Positions 14,170-23,867 of a stretch of DNA of 33,453 nt are shown in pieces; the stretch's first letter is position 1; the number at the start of each line of letters is the position of its first letter. The translations under genes were made by a program, and so were the position numbers. The notes beneath the pieces were generated by a model. That model saw only the letters and a program-made list of their open reading frames with translations. It was not told the origin of the DNA and ran no database searches. Source of the stretch: an uncultured Bacilli bacterium (GTDB taxonomy: Bacteria; Bacillota_I; Bacilli_A; RF39; UBA660); assembly GCA_947589165.1 (NCBI GenBank), contig CANQCH010000002.1, forward strand, positions 1-33,453, read 5' to 3'.

Positions 14170-17100
14170 TTAAAATAAACTCATTTGGGCACTTTCCGGC
14201 ATATCTTTAAAAATACCTAAGGCCTTTAATTTATCCATCGTGGTTTGATTAACTTTACCCCGATTAGCAAAATCTTCAATGCAATAGAAAGGTTTCTTAG
14301 CTCTTTCTTCCACGATTTTATTTGCCACAGCTTCGCCTAAACCATCAACTACCATAAAGGGTAAAATTAAAGTTTTGTTGGCTTCATCAATATAAAAAGT
14401 TTTGGCTAATGATTTTTCAATATCAATATTTTTAAACGTATAGCCACGGGCTAACATTTCTAAAGCAACGGCTAAGGTATCAGCGACAGCCGTTTCTTTC
14501 GTCGAAGCATCATAACCTTTTTCTTTAATTTCAATTAACCGACGTTTAATCCCGTCATAACCGCCTAACATCGCGTTAATGTCAAAATCACTCCGGCGAA
14601 TGCTAAAGAAGGCTGAATAATAATATAACGGATAATAAACTTTAAACCAAGCTACCCGAAAAGCCATCATTACATAAGCACAAGCATGGGCTTTAGGGAA
14701 CATGTATTCAATCCGTCGGCAGCATTCAATAAACCATTCGGGTACATTAAATTCGCGCATTAGGGCGACATGTTCTAACCACGCATCCGGTTCTTTTTTC
14801 GGTTTCCCCTTCCGGACAAATTCGGAAATTTTAAAAGCTTTGGAAGGATCTAGACCATAATTAATTAAACTAATCATGATATCATCCCGACATCCAACGA
14901 CTTCATCAAAAGATGCGACTTTATTTACAATAATATCCCGCACATTACCAGCCCAAACATTTGTCCCGTGTGATAAACCGGCAATTTTGACTAAATCGGC
15001 AAAGCGTTTCGGTTTAATTTCCAAAAGCATATTGATGGTAAAACCAGTCCCAAATTCCGGGATACCTAAAGTCCCCGTTTTACATAAAATTTGATCAGGT
15101 GTTACCCCTAAAGCTTCTGGGGAATTAAATAAAGATAATACTTTTTCATCATCAAAAGGAATATCTAAGATATTAACCTTCGTTGTATCCCCTAAATAAC
15201 GTAACATGGTGGGATCATCATGACCAAGAATATCCAGTTTTAAAACATTATCATGGATAGCATGGAAATCAAAGTGGGTCGTATACCAAGTACTATCTGG
15301 TTCATCCGCCGGATATTGATAAGGCGTAAAATCAAAAACATCCATATATTGCGGAATAACAATAATACCACCCGGATGTTGCCCAGTCGTTCTTTTAACT
15401 CCCGTACAGCCTAAAGCAATTCGTTCAACTTCGGCATTATTAATCATAATATTATGATCTTCAAAATAACCCCGAACATAACCAAAAGCCGTTTTAGTAG
15501 CTACAGTCGAAATAGTCCCGGCACGATAAGCATGATCTTCGCCGAATAAAACTTTAACGTGATTATGGGCATCGGCTTGATTATCACCCGAGAAGTTTAA
15601 GTCAATGTCGGGGACTTTTTCGGCTTTAAAACCTAGGAAAGTGGCAAATGGCATATCTTGTCCTTCTTTTTTCATTTTCGTGCCACATTCACAGATCCGA
15701 TCGGGCATATCATAACCACTCGTATAATCATCGGCTAAACTTTTGCCATCAATTTCAAAAAGCGACTTTTTACAATTAGGACAGACATAATGAGGTGGTA
15801 GACCATTAACTTCGGTAATTCCCATCATGGTCGCAACCAAAGATGAACCAACGGAACCCCGAGAACCAACGAAATAACCATCTTCGTTACTCTTTTTAAC
15901 TAACTTTTGGGCAATCAAATAAATAACATCATAACCCCCACCAATAATCCCATTAAGTTCGGCTTCCAAGCGTTCGGCAATATTATTGGGTAAAGGATCG
16001 CCATAAATTTCATGGGCCCGGTTATACACCATTTCTTTACATTCTTCGGCACTATTAGGTAATTCCGGCGTATATAATTTATCTTTTATAATTTGTAATT
16101 CTTCCGTCATAGCGGCAATTTTTTGCGGATTCGTTATGACAATTTCCTTTTGGGTATCGGCATCTAAAAAGTTAAAAGCATCTAACATTTGTCTAGTTGT
16201 TAAAAAGTACATATTAGGAACTTCAATATCCGGATGATTTAAAGGATGCAATTTCCCATTGGTTTTTTGATGAATGATTACTTTCCGATAAATTAAATCT
16301 TCCGGCGTTAAATTATGGACATCGCCAACGGCACAAACTAGTTTTTGTTTTTCTTTAGCTAGACGAATAATTCTTTTTATATAATTTTGATATTCTAATT
16401 CACTATGAAAACGCCCATTGCTGCCAATTAAATGACTACAACTAGAAGCCGGATAAACTTCGATATAATCATAAAAGTCCATCATATCACTTAACTCTTC
16501 ATCGGTTAAGTTTAAACCTTTATCAAAGACTTCGCCATTGATACAACCACTCCCAATAAGTAAGCCATTCCGTAAATTAATTAAATCGGCCCGGGGAATC
16601 TTCGGTTCTTTACCTTTATATAAATATTTTGTATTCGCTAGCGATATAATTTTAAATAAATTTTTTAAACCTTCACTATTTTTCGCTAAAACAGATAAAT
16701 GAAAAGGTCGGGCAAACTTTATCGCATTTTCTTCATCAATTAAGCGGTCCAAATCTAAAGTCGTTGTAAAATTTTCGCCCTTTAATTCCAAAAACATTTT
16801 ATATAAGCAATAAGCGGTTCCTTCACAGTCATAATCAGCCCGATGGTGTTTTTCTTCATCCCATTCCACTTCTAAATTTTTAACTAAAGTCGATAATTTA
16901 TGATTTCGCCAATCAGGATGAAGATTTCGGGCTAAACCCATGGTATCAATAACCGTATATTTAAATTCTCCTAAATTATATTTTTCCATAGCGTGCGTCA
17001 CAAAGCCAATATCAAAGGCTGCATTATGGGCTACTAAAGGTAAATCACCACAAAAGGCTAAAAACCTTTTCGTCACATTTTCTTCAGAATCTTTACCAAC

Positions 17101-18501
17101 GAGCATTTCATCGGTAATATTTGTTAATTGGGTAATAAATTTAGGTAATGGTGTTGGACAAGCAATTAATTCATCAAAGCGATCAATAATTTCGTTATTT
17201 TTAATTTTTACGGCCCCAATTTCAATCATTTGGTCGACGCCATAATTTAAACCTGTCGTTTCGGTATCGAAAACAACATATTCTTGATCAAATAAAGGAT
17301 ATTCGTGATTGTTAAAAACAATGTTCGCTTCGGTATCAATAACATTTAATTCGGCGCCATAGATAGCTTTAAATTTATCTTTTTCTTCTTTCCCTTTATT
17401 AATTTTGGCGACGGCATTATAAATATCCGGATAAGCTTGTAAAACGTTATGGTCCGTCACAGCCACGGCTTTATGACCTAGGGAATAAGCAAAGTTAACT
17501 AAGGCTGTCGCATCTACTACCCCATCCATCATACTCATCATGGTATGGGCATGAAGCTCAACTCTTTTTTCGGGTTCTTCATCTTTAATAGGAATACTTT
17601 TAGAAGGAATTATTTCAATATTGCGCGCATTAATAACCATCGATTTTAAGTAAGGATCCATTTCTACATTTCCATGAATTCTTAACCAAGAACCTTTATC
17701 TTGTTTTTTACTTAAAGGTTTTAATTCTTTAACTAAAGTATTATATATATCTTCATTAAAGGTTAAAGTTTTCATTAAATAACTATCCGTTTTATCACTT
17801 ACTTTACCATTAATGATATATATAGCGCCTTTTTTACCTTGTCTTTCTAAGGGTTCAAAACCAAATAGATAAACTTCTACGATAATATTTCGGGTTTCAC
17901 CAATAATATTATTTAAAGGGGTAACTTCCCCATCTTTATGGGTACCTAAAATAACCGGACTTTTTTTTACTTCGGTTAGTTTATTTTTTTGTTCGGCAAT
18001 TTCTTCTTGAATACTATTACGAATTTCTTCATTAACAATCGTTTCCATTTCCCAAGCTGTAAAACCATAAGTGGCTAACTTTTGCAATAATTTTACTTTT
18101 TCCGCGTCTAATTCTTCTTTTTCTCTTAAACTTGCAACTTGAAAAGTAATTTTATTTTCCGCTATAGTCAAGGTATTTTTTATATTGATTAAAGAGGGAT
18201 GGGCAATAATAATTTCATCGAGCAAATATTCAAGATAAGGTTTAAGATCCGCGTTTGTAACGGTCGCATATTCCAAATGAATGACACATTTATTGGTGCC
18301 ATTAATGCCATTTTGGGCTTTTAAAAATAATTCATTGGCATCTTCTAAAGCTAGACAACGGGGAATTTTTAAATACACCTCAAAACTGGCTGTTTTTTTA
18401 TTTAGAACAACTTTTTTAATTTCCGCTTCATCTAACGCATTACTTGTAAAATTAATACTAGCTAAAAATCTTTTTATTTCCGTATCTTTTTGTTCCGCCA
18501 T
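14170..18501 (-). CDS. polC: PolC-type DNA polymerase III alpha subunit
   Basis: 1443 aa. PHP motif ELHAHTMMSMMDG. Inserted 3'-5' exonuclease motifs VVFDTETTGL, VAHNAAFDIGF and HRADYDCEG. Zinc module CPNCKK...CECGTK. Palm/fingers conserved (GSRGSVGSS, PDIDLNF). Confidence 0.97.
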   Translation of the reverse strand: MAEQKDTEIKRFLASINFTSNALDEAEIKKVVLNKKTASFEVYLKIPRCLALEDANELFLKAQNGINGTNKCVIHLEYATVTNADLKPYLEYLLDEIIIAHPSLINIKNTLTIAENKITFQVASLREKEELDAEKVKLLQKLATYGFTAWEMETIVNEEIRNSIQEEIAEQKNKLTEVKKSPVILGTHKDGEVTPLNNIIGETRNIIVEVYLFGFEPLERQGKKGAIYIINGKVSDKTDSYLMKTLTFNEDIYNTLVKELKPLSKKQDKGSWLRIHGNVEMDPYLKSMVINARNIEIIPSKSIPIKDEEPEKRVELHAHTMMSMMDGVVDATALVNFAYSLGHKAVAVTDHNVLQAYPDIYNAVAKINKGKEEKDKFKAIYGAELNVIDTEANIVFNNHEYPLFDQEYVVFDTETTGLNYGVDQMIEIGAVKIKNNEIIDRFDELIACPTPLPKFITQLTNITDEMLVGKDSEENVTKRFLAFCGDLPLVAHNAAFDIGFVTHAMEKYNLGEFKYTVIDTMGLARNLHPDWRNHKLSTLVKNLEVEWDEEKHHRADYDCEGTAYCLYKMFLELKGENFTTTLDLDRLIDEENAIKFARPFHLSVLAKNSEGLKNLFKIISLANTKYLYKGKEPKIPRADLINLRNGLLIGSGCINGEVFDKGLNLTDEELSDMMDFYDYIEVYPASSCSHLIGSNGRFHSELEYQNYIKRIIRLAKEKQKLVCAVGDVHNLTPEDLIYRKVIIHQKTNGKLHPLNHPDIEVPNMYFLTTRQMLDAFNFLDADTQKEIVITNPQKIAAMTEELQIIKDKLYTPELPNSAEECKEMVYNRAHEIYGDPLPNNIAERLEAELNGIIGGGYDVIYLIAQKLVKKSNEDGYFVGSRGSVGSSLVATMMGITEVNGLPPHYVCPNCKKSLFEIDGKSLADDYTSGYDMPDRICECGTKMKKEGQDMPFATFLGFKAEKVPDIDLNFSGDNQADAHNHVKVLFGEDHAYRAGTISTVATKTAFGYVRGYFEDHNIMINNAEVERIALGCTGVKRTTGQHPGGIIVIPQYMDVFDFTPYQYPADEPDSTWYTTHFDFHAIHDNVLKLDILGHDDPTMLRYLGDTTKVNILDIPFDDEKVLSLFNSPEALGVTPDQILCKTGTLGIPEFGTGFTINMLLEIKPKRFADLVKIAGLSHGTNVWAGNVRDIIVNKVASFDEVVGCRDDIMISLINYGLDPSKAFKISEFVRKGKPKKEPDAWLEHVALMREFNVPEWFIECCRRIEYMFPKAHACAYVMMAFRVAWFKVYYPLYYYSAFFSIRRSDFDINAMLGGYDGIKRRLIEIKEKGYDASTKETAVADTLAVALEMLARGYTFKNIDIEKSLAKTFYIDEANKTLILPFMVVDGLGEAVANKIVEERAKKPFYCIEDFANRGKVNQTTMDKLKALGIFKDMPESAQMSLF

Positions 18502-18503
18502 TA

Positions 18504-21359
18504 CTATTCACCATCTTTCTTGATATTATTAACGATTATTTGGTAAATGTCAAATCTTTTTGTAACTTCGCCATTTACCCAAACTAAATCATTAACTTGG
18601 ATATTTTTTAATAAATCATAAGTATTAGGAAAAACCGTTAAGGAAATATTCCCGGTTTCATCACTGCCTTCTAAAAAGGCCATCTTTTCCCCTTTTTTCG
18701 TTTTAATAACTTGAATTTTCGTAATTAAAACAACCATTTTAATTTTTTTGAAGGCCCATTGGGCAACTTCTCTAATTTTAACCACACCCTTTTGATATTG
18801 GCTGGCCGGATGATTGGAGCAATAAAAACCAAAAGCTTCGTATTCTTCGGTAGTTTTAGCTAGGGCCGAATCATCGGGATATTCGACTAAAGCTGGTTTA
18901 GGCACAAAATCGCTTCCGACTTCTGCGATTGCCGCATAATTTAGGGCATTATCTAAATTACCGATTAAGGTCGGATGATTTAAGTTAAGAAAATCAAGGG
19001 CGCCCGCTTTTATTAAAATTAAGATCTGCTCCGGTTGCAAAAAGGCTTTAGTTTTTAAAATAAAATCAAAATAATCGGTAAAGTTTACTGCCTTAAGAGT
19101 GCTAATTTTATTTTCTATTTCTTTAGTTAAACCTTTAATCGTTCTTAAAGGCATAAAAACTTTATTATCCTCAATTACAAATTCTAAAATAGGTTTTAAG
19201 ATGCTCGGTTTAACAATTTCATAACCTAATTTTTTCATTTCCCAAAGATAACTTTCCCGTTTTAAATCATCTTCATCATTTAATAAACTAAGATAAAAAT
19301 AAGCTCGGTGGTAAGCTTTCAAATAAGCCATCTTATAAGAAAATAACGCATAGGCAACCGAATGGGATTTATTAAAACCAAAGCTCGCAAATTTACTTAT
19401 ATCTTCATAAATAAGTTCGGCTGTATTTTGGGAATAGCCTTTAGCACAAGCTCGCGCCACAAATTTAACTTTTTCTTCCGCAATAACACTTTCTTTTTTC
19501 TTCGCAATCGCCCGCCGAATAATATCCGCTTCACCTAAAGTATAACCCCCTATTTTCGTTAAAATGGCCATAATTTGTTCTTGATAAATCATAATACCGA
19601 AAGTTTCATTTAAAATTGGCGCTAAATCGGGATGTAAATAATTAATCTTTTCGCTCCCCTTTTTCCGTCTTATATAAGTATCGATATGGTCTTTAGGTCC
19701 GGGGCGAACTAAGGCAATCGCGGCCACTAAATCATTAAAACTATCTATTTTAAATTTGTGCAAAAATTGCCGCATAACCGGGGTTTCAAATTGAAAAATA
19801 CCTTCCACATCAATCGTATTAAAAATTTGAAAAACTTGCGGATCTTCAAAATTGATTTTTTCCAAATTTACTTGGGGCACATATTTGATAATTTGGGCAA
19901 TAAAACTTAAATTTTTTAAGCCTAAAAAGTCCATCTTTAATAAACCCATTTGTTCTAAATAATCCATCGGAATGCCGGTGGTTAATTCCTCATTATTAAC
20001 ATAAACCGGAATTAAAGTATCTAAAGGTACGGATGAGATCACAATCCCAGCCGCATGGGTCGAATAATTCCGTTTTAAACCTTCGATTTTTTCTGCCACT
20101 TGGTAAAGCTTTGCTAACTCCGGATAATTTTGGAGATATGTTTGCACGACTTTATTTTGCCGATTTTCTTTTAACTTTAAACTGGCTTTAATATTTTTAA
20201 TAAATTTATCAAATAGAAGCGGATTAATTTTTAAAATTTTCGCACAATCCCGTAAGACTAATTTGCTTTTATAAGTAGCAAAAGTTAACCCCCCAGCCAC
20301 ATTGGCAACACCATACTTTTCTTTAACATAATTAATTACTTGATCTCTTTTTAAAGCATCAAAGTCAATATCGATATCGGGCATGGTAATGCGGGCCGGA
20401 TTTAAAAATCTTTCAAATAATAAATGATACCGCATTGGGTCAATGTCGGTAATGCCAATGGCATAGCTTACTAAAGAACCGGCGGCACTTCCCCGACAAC
20501 CAATTAAAATATTATGCTTTTTGGCATATAAAACATAATCATAAACAATCAAAAAATAATCGACAAAACCCATTTCGATAATAACTTTTAATTCGTATGC
20601 TAATCGTTTTTGATAAGCTAAAGGCACCTCATTATTTAATCTTTTATTTAACCCTTTAATCGCTAAAGTTTGTAAAAATTGTTGGGAAGAACCATCATCG
20701 CGAAAGGCAGGAATATAATGTTTATCTAACGGAATTTCCACATTTAATTCGGCAATTACTTGGTTAATTTCCGCTTCATCGATTAGATCTGATTCTTTTT
20801 GATAATAATTATTCACATAATCTATCTTTGGTTCTTCGCGAAGTAAATCTAACAAATTTAAATATCGTAAATTACTGACGTCCAAAGCTCTAATATCATT
20901 TACATAAACACACTTTAAACTTAGTAAAGCCGCATTTTGTTTTTCATATTCATTTTGATAACCTAAATATAAAGACGAAATAAAATTTAAAGAAGACCAA
21001 ATACTTTTACTTTTAAAAGGAACAATAACTAAAATATTGGCCGCATAATTTTTTAAATCCAAAATGGCGACTTCTCTTGCTCTTTTAATTTTATCTAATT
21101 GAATTAAGCTTTGATAACCTTGATAATTTTTCGCATAAACATATATTTCCGCCTCATTTAATTTAAGGCTTAATCCAATTAAAGGCTTAATATCTTTTTG
21201 GTGACATTTGAGATAGAATTCCCCGACTCCCGCTAGATTTTCATCACAAAGACCACAAGCTTTAATCTTATGATCTACTAAAAAGGTGATTAAGTCATCA
21301 ATCTTAATTAAACTCTTTAACAAAGTATAGTCCGTTGTAATTTTAAGTGGTGTATACAT
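18504..21359 (-). CDS. dnaE: DnaE-type DNA polymerase III alpha subunit
   Basis: 951 aa. Conserved motifs: GCRGSAAGSLVSYAIGITDIDP, PDIDIDF, the LLKMDFLGLKNL region, and a C-terminal OB fold. Its stop is 2 nt from the polC start. Confidence 0.95.
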   Translation of the reverse strand: MYTPLKITTDYTLLKSLIKIDDLITFLVDHKIKACGLCDENLAGVGEFYLKCHQKDIKPLIGLSLKLNEAEIYVYAKNYQGYQSLIQLDKIKRAREVAILDLKNYAANILVIVPFKSKSIWSSLNFISSLYLGYQNEYEKQNAALLSLKCVYVNDIRALDVSNLRYLNLLDLLREEPKIDYVNNYYQKESDLIDEAEINQVIAELNVEIPLDKHYIPAFRDDGSSQQFLQTLAIKGLNKRLNNEVPLAYQKRLAYELKVIIEMGFVDYFLIVYDYVLYAKKHNILIGCRGSAAGSLVSYAIGITDIDPMRYHLLFERFLNPARITMPDIDIDFDALKRDQVINYVKEKYGVANVAGGLTFATYKSKLVLRDCAKILKINPLLFDKFIKNIKASLKLKENRQNKVVQTYLQNYPELAKLYQVAEKIEGLKRNYSTHAAGIVISSVPLDTLIPVYVNNEELTTGIPMDYLEQMGLLKMDFLGLKNLSFIAQIIKYVPQVNLEKINFEDPQVFQIFNTIDVEGIFQFETPVMRQFLHKFKIDSFNDLVAAIALVRPGPKDHIDTYIRRKKGSEKINYLHPDLAPILNETFGIMIYQEQIMAILTKIGGYTLGEADIIRRAIAKKKESVIAEEKVKFVARACAKGYSQNTAELIYEDISKFASFGFNKSHSVAYALFSYKMAYLKAYHRAYFYLSLLNDEDDLKRESYLWEMKKLGYEIVKPSILKPILEFVIEDNKVFMPLRTIKGLTKEIENKISTLKAVNFTDYFDFILKTKAFLQPEQILILIKAGALDFLNLNHPTLIGNLDNALNYAAIAEVGSDFVPKPALVEYPDDSALAKTTEEYEAFGFYCSNHPASQYQKGVVKIREVAQWAFKKIKMVVLITKIQVIKTKKGEKMAFLEGSDETGNISLTVFPNTYDLLKNIQVNDLVWVNGEVTKRFDIYQIIVNNIKKDGE

Positions 21360-21389
21360 ACTCTACCTCTATGAATTATTTTAGCACAT

Positions 21390-21415
21390 AAAAAAAGGAA
21401 AAGAAATCTTTTCCT
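21390..21415 (-). terminator. Rho-independent terminator after the 119-aa gene
   Basis: Minus-strand transcript AGGAAAA-gatttc-TTTTCCT followed by TTTTTT. It is immediately followed by TGCTAAAAT, a possible extended -10 for dnaE. Confidence 0.55.
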
Positions 21416-21423
21416 AAAATATC

Positions 21424-21783
21424 TTAGATCCATTTGGAAACATAAATAATTTTGGTTGTATCTTCTTCGTATTTATCAAATATGCGAATTATAGATTTGA
21501 TCATTTCCTTTAAAATGTCTTTAACATCACGCCGAATACGGACAGTAACAATTTGCTTTTGAAAGGCTTTCCGAAAAATATAGTCTTCAATATATTTATT
21601 CACAATATAATCTAGTTCTTTAACCATGGTCACATCTTCCGGATTATTTAAATCAATATGAAATATATATTCTTGATATAATTTAATTATTCTTTCCGTA
21701 ATATTATCGTTTTCCATAGGCACAAAATTAGTTATTTTATAAAAGTTTGGACACAAACTAATAACTTGCTTACTATAATTCAT
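21424..21783 (-). CDS. Hypothetical protein, 119 aa
   Basis: ORF with a GATGAGG RBS and its own terminator. A TTTACA-17-TAATAT promoter-like element lies upstream. No recognisable domain. Confidence 0.5.
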   Translation of the reverse strand: MNYSKQVISLCPNFYKITNFVPMENDNITERIIKLYQEYIFHIDLNNPEDVTMVKELDYIVNKYIEDYIFRKAFQKQIVTVRIRRDVKDILKEMIKSIIRIFDKYEEDTTKIIYVSKWI

Positions 21784-21863
21784 TTACCTCATCCTATCTT
21801 AATTAAATATTACAATAAAAGTGCCAAAATGTAAAGTTATAATGACAAATTTAGATGAAAAAA

Positions 21864-21893
21864 TTGACTTTAAAATTCAAATACTACTAAAAT
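21864..21893 (+). promoter_or_regulatory. Putative promoter of the VanY-like gene
   Basis: TTGACT (21864-21869), 18-nt spacer, TAAAAT (21888-21893). GGGTGG RBS before the ATG at 21917. Confidence 0.5.
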
Positions 21894-21916
21894 TATAGTA
21901 AGATGGGTGGTTAAAT

Positions 21917-22882
21917 ATGAAGAAAAAAAGAATAAAATTAAAAACCGAAGTTTATTACTACTTAGCTATTATCATTATTTTAATTATTGGTGCTAGCTGG
22001 GGAATAAAAAAATATCAGCAATATCAATATCAAAAAACAAATGAATATAAATTAACTGAAGCCGGCTATAGCTTAGAAAATAGCCAAATGTTAATTAAAG
22101 AACTTACCGATCAAGATATTAGTTATATTTTAGCTAAACCAATGGATGATAATATTCTTAATTTAATGAAAGAAAAATATTTTCTAAAAGAAAACTTTCA
22201 AGAATATTATGAATATCATTTAGCGAATAAAAAGGTTGCTCTTACGGATGTTGTCGCCATTATTAATTGTCATATTGATAACGAATATTATTCTCTCGAT
22301 TTAAAAACCGATATGACGAAAAATTATGCCATTTTAGTCAATAAATATTATCAAATGCCCCAAGATTATATTCCCGAAGATTTAGTTAGTGTGAAAATGG
22401 ATTATGCGTGGGGCGAATATGGTTCCATTAAAGTTCGCCAAATAGTCATGGATAAGTTTTTAGACATGTGGAATGCGGCGCAAGCAGAAGGTATATATTT
22501 AATGATTAGTTCGGCTTTCCGTTCCTATGCGGAACAAGAAATTGTTTATAATAACTATAAAGAAAATCAAGGCGAAGCTTATGCCAATAAGATTGCCGCC
22601 AAACCTGGCTATTCTGAACATCAAACGGGACTAGCCATCGATATCTTTTCCAAAACCAATACCAACCGCAATACTTTCCAAGATAGTGATGCGGCCAAAT
22701 GGTTAGTAAATAATGCCTATAAGTATGGCTTTATTTTAAGATATCCTGCCGATAAAGTTAATTTAACCGGTTATAATTATGAATCATGGCATTACCGATA
22801 TGTAGGCGAAGAAATCGCTGCTTATATTCAAAAAAATCAGATTACTTTTGATGAATATTATGCTTACTTTTTAAATAAATAA
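21917..22882 (+). CDS. Membrane-anchored D-alanyl-D-alanine carboxypeptidase, VanY / peptidase M15B family
   Basis: N-terminal TM helix (YYLAIIIILIIGASWGI). Zn-peptidase motifs SAFRSYAEQ, SEHQTGLAIDI (H-x(6)-D) and ESWHYRYVG (E-x-x-H). Confidence 0.85.
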   Translation: MKKKRIKLKTEVYYYLAIIIILIIGASWGIKKYQQYQYQKTNEYKLTEAGYSLENSQMLIKELTDQDISYILAKPMDDNILNLMKEKYFLKENFQEYYEYHLANKKVALTDVVAIINCHIDNEYYSLDLKTDMTKNYAILVNKYYQMPQDYIPEDLVSVKMDYAWGEYGSIKVRQIVMDKFLDMWNAAQAEGIYLMISSAFRSYAEQEIVYNNYKENQGEAYANKIAAKPGYSEHQTGLAIDIFSKTNTNRNTFQDSDAAKWLVNNAYKYGFILRYPADKVNLTGYNYESWHYRYVGEEIAAYIQKNQITFDEYYAYFLNK

Positions 22883-22905
22883 GATCCTAGCGATCTTGTT
22901 TTTTT
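22881..22905 (+). terminator. Weak terminator for the VanY-like gene, embedded in the 3' end of convergent srtB
   Basis: AAGATC-ctagc-GATCTT followed by GTTTTTTT. The stem is only 6 bp and AT-rich. Confidence 0.35.
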
Positions 22906-23777
22906 ATGAGCTTAGCGTGTAAAACTACTTTATCACTACTATTAGCACACGTTGATAGGGTTAAAATTTTATCATTAGTATCAACCGTTGTCTTAAAATC
23001 ATACTTACTACGACTCATAATCGTATCTAAAAAGTTTTGAAAAGATTCTTTAGTTCCAAAACTCGAAGTTAAATAATAGGTTTCCGTCGGAATTTGATAA
23101 ACGGAAATAACTTGCCATAAAGTATTTTGGGTGGGAGTTGAAAGATTAATAACGTAATTATCCGTATTAGCAAACCAATTATTTTTAAAGACATTTTTAA
23201 GAGAACCAAACATAGTTGAATTAGTTCGGCCATGAGCATAAATAATCGTATTATCTTGTAATTCATTAGCATTATTCCGGTAATCCATAAAAACCCAACC
23301 GGCACTATTTAAAGTTTTATCAAAAGCATGATTAAGATAAAATTTGTTATCTGTAGTTTGGACAACCGGATAATTGATATTCGTGCCATTAACCTTTAAA
23401 TACGCGACTGTATCACTATTTTTCTTTTGTAATTCAGCAAAATCAACACTTATTAAAGGTAATTTCGTATACGCCCAATAATCATTTGGTTTATCATCAT
23501 CAACCGGGGGATTAATTATTTCCGGCGTAAGATCTTCATTTTCTTCCGCTACTTCATCAATTTTTATAATGTTTCGAATTTCTGCAATTTGCGTATCAAG
23601 TTTTTCATTTTCCCAATGCCATAGACATACTTTAAAACCAGAATAACCAAATACGCCTAAAGAGATTATAAGAATAAAAACCCATACCCATTTTTTTAAG
23701 CGTCTTTTTTTCTTTTGCGCTTTGGGTTGCGTTTTTAAATTTGGTAAATCACTTTTTTTAAATTCATACTCACTCAT
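22887..23777 (-). CDS. srtB: Class B sortase
   Basis: N-terminal TM anchor. Class B signature block AYLKVNGTNINYPVVQTTDNKFYLNHAF...FMDYRN...NTIIYAHG. Catalytic TLSTC. C-terminal conserved Arg region. Confidence 0.9.
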   Translation of the reverse strand: MSEYEFKKSDLPNLKTQPKAQKKKRRLKKWVWVFILIISLGVFGYSGFKVCLWHWENEKLDTQIAEIRNIIKIDEVAEENEDLTPEIINPPVDDDKPNDYWAYTKLPLISVDFAELQKKNSDTVAYLKVNGTNINYPVVQTTDNKFYLNHAFDKTLNSAGWVFMDYRNNANELQDNTIIYAHGRTNSTMFGSLKNVFKNNWFANTDNYVINLSTPTQNTLWQVISVYQIPTETYYLTSSFGTKESFQNFLDTIMSRSKYDFKTTVDTNDKILTLSTCANSSDKVVLHAKLIKKQDR

Positions 23778-23797
23778 ATTTTCTTTTCCTAATTATT

Positions 23798-23826
23798 ATT
23801 TTAGCTTTATCCGAAAAATATTGCAA
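23798..23826 (-). promoter_or_regulatory. Putative srtB promoter
   Basis: Minus-strand TTGCAA (23821-23826), 17-nt spacer, TAAAAT (23798-23803). It lies directly downstream of the terminator of the surface-protein gene. Confidence 0.5.
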
Positions 23827-23827
23827 T

Positions 23828-23853
23828 AAAAAAAGAGAATCATAACGACTCTC
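23828..23853 (-). terminator. Rho-independent terminator after the surface-protein gene
   Basis: Minus-strand transcript GAGAGTC-gttat-GATTCTC (7 bp including one G-U pair) followed by TTTTTTT. Confidence 0.55.
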
Positions 23854-23867
23854 TTTCATTATTCATT

